A stretch of DNA of 64,000 bases. Origin: Trueperaceae bacterium (lineage in GTDB: Bacteria > Deinococcota > Deinococci > Deinococcales > Trueperaceae). Positions within the stretch are counted from its first letter, which is position 1; every line of letters starts with the position of its first letter. The stretch lies in contig DASSXV010000044.1 in assembly GCA_035703635.1 (NCBI GenBank), positions 54,056 through 118,055 on the forward strand, read 5' to 3'. This document shows, piece after piece, positions 64,000 through 64,000 of the stretch. Under the pieces are notes generated by a model that was given only the letters and a program-made list of their open reading frames with translations, was not told where the DNA came from and did not search any database. A program made the translations under genes and the position numbers.

Positions 64000-64000
64000 C

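Noticed and set aside
1..64000. CRISPR arrays, IS elements, integrases, prophage or defence systems, tRNA/rRNA
   Set aside because: No spaced repeats, transposase, integrase or phage ORFs, or RNA-gene signatures seen by eye

Overview
GC-rich chromosomal window from a Deinococcota bacterium, most like Trueperaceae. The assignment is inferred from the Nqo15 subunit, the SlpA-type SLH/coiled-coil/beta-barrel envelope protein, Lys-rich HU proteins and many leaderless TANNNT promoters. It is almost all core and housekeeping genes: plsC, two HU paralogues, sdaAB/sdaAA, ndh, OSBS/NSAR, split mnmC, nqo15, pcrA/uvrD, minDE, hpf, slpA, thyX, rlmH, rodA, an rplU-rpmA-obg-yqeK-LCP-rsfS-yraN-trpF string, a U32/RlhA-like protein, a LarA-family gene with gluconokinase, an acyl-CoA ligase with a Liv-type ABC operon, sppA, and DUF1028 with a peptide ABC operon. 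I saw no mobile element, CRISPR array, prophage, tRNA or rRNA, and I cannot show an undescribed system with confidence. The best leads are: (1) a five-DnaA-box cluster flanking a possible promoter and structured RNA, away from dnaA; (2) a ~200-nt slpA leader with a stem-loop resembling the Thermus slpA leader, plus an extra perfect SD/uORF; (3) minDE followed by a non-phosphorylatable receiver/coiled-coil protein, with no minC here; (4) a nickel-pincer LarA homologue translationally coupled to gluconokinase; (5) a pseudoknot-capable rplU leader; (6) a Rex-like box over the ndh -10 and a CRP/DdrI-like box upstream of the second HU; (7) a CTG-initiated rhomboid and a frameshifted GNAT remnant. 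All product calls come from reading motifs by eye; no searches were run.
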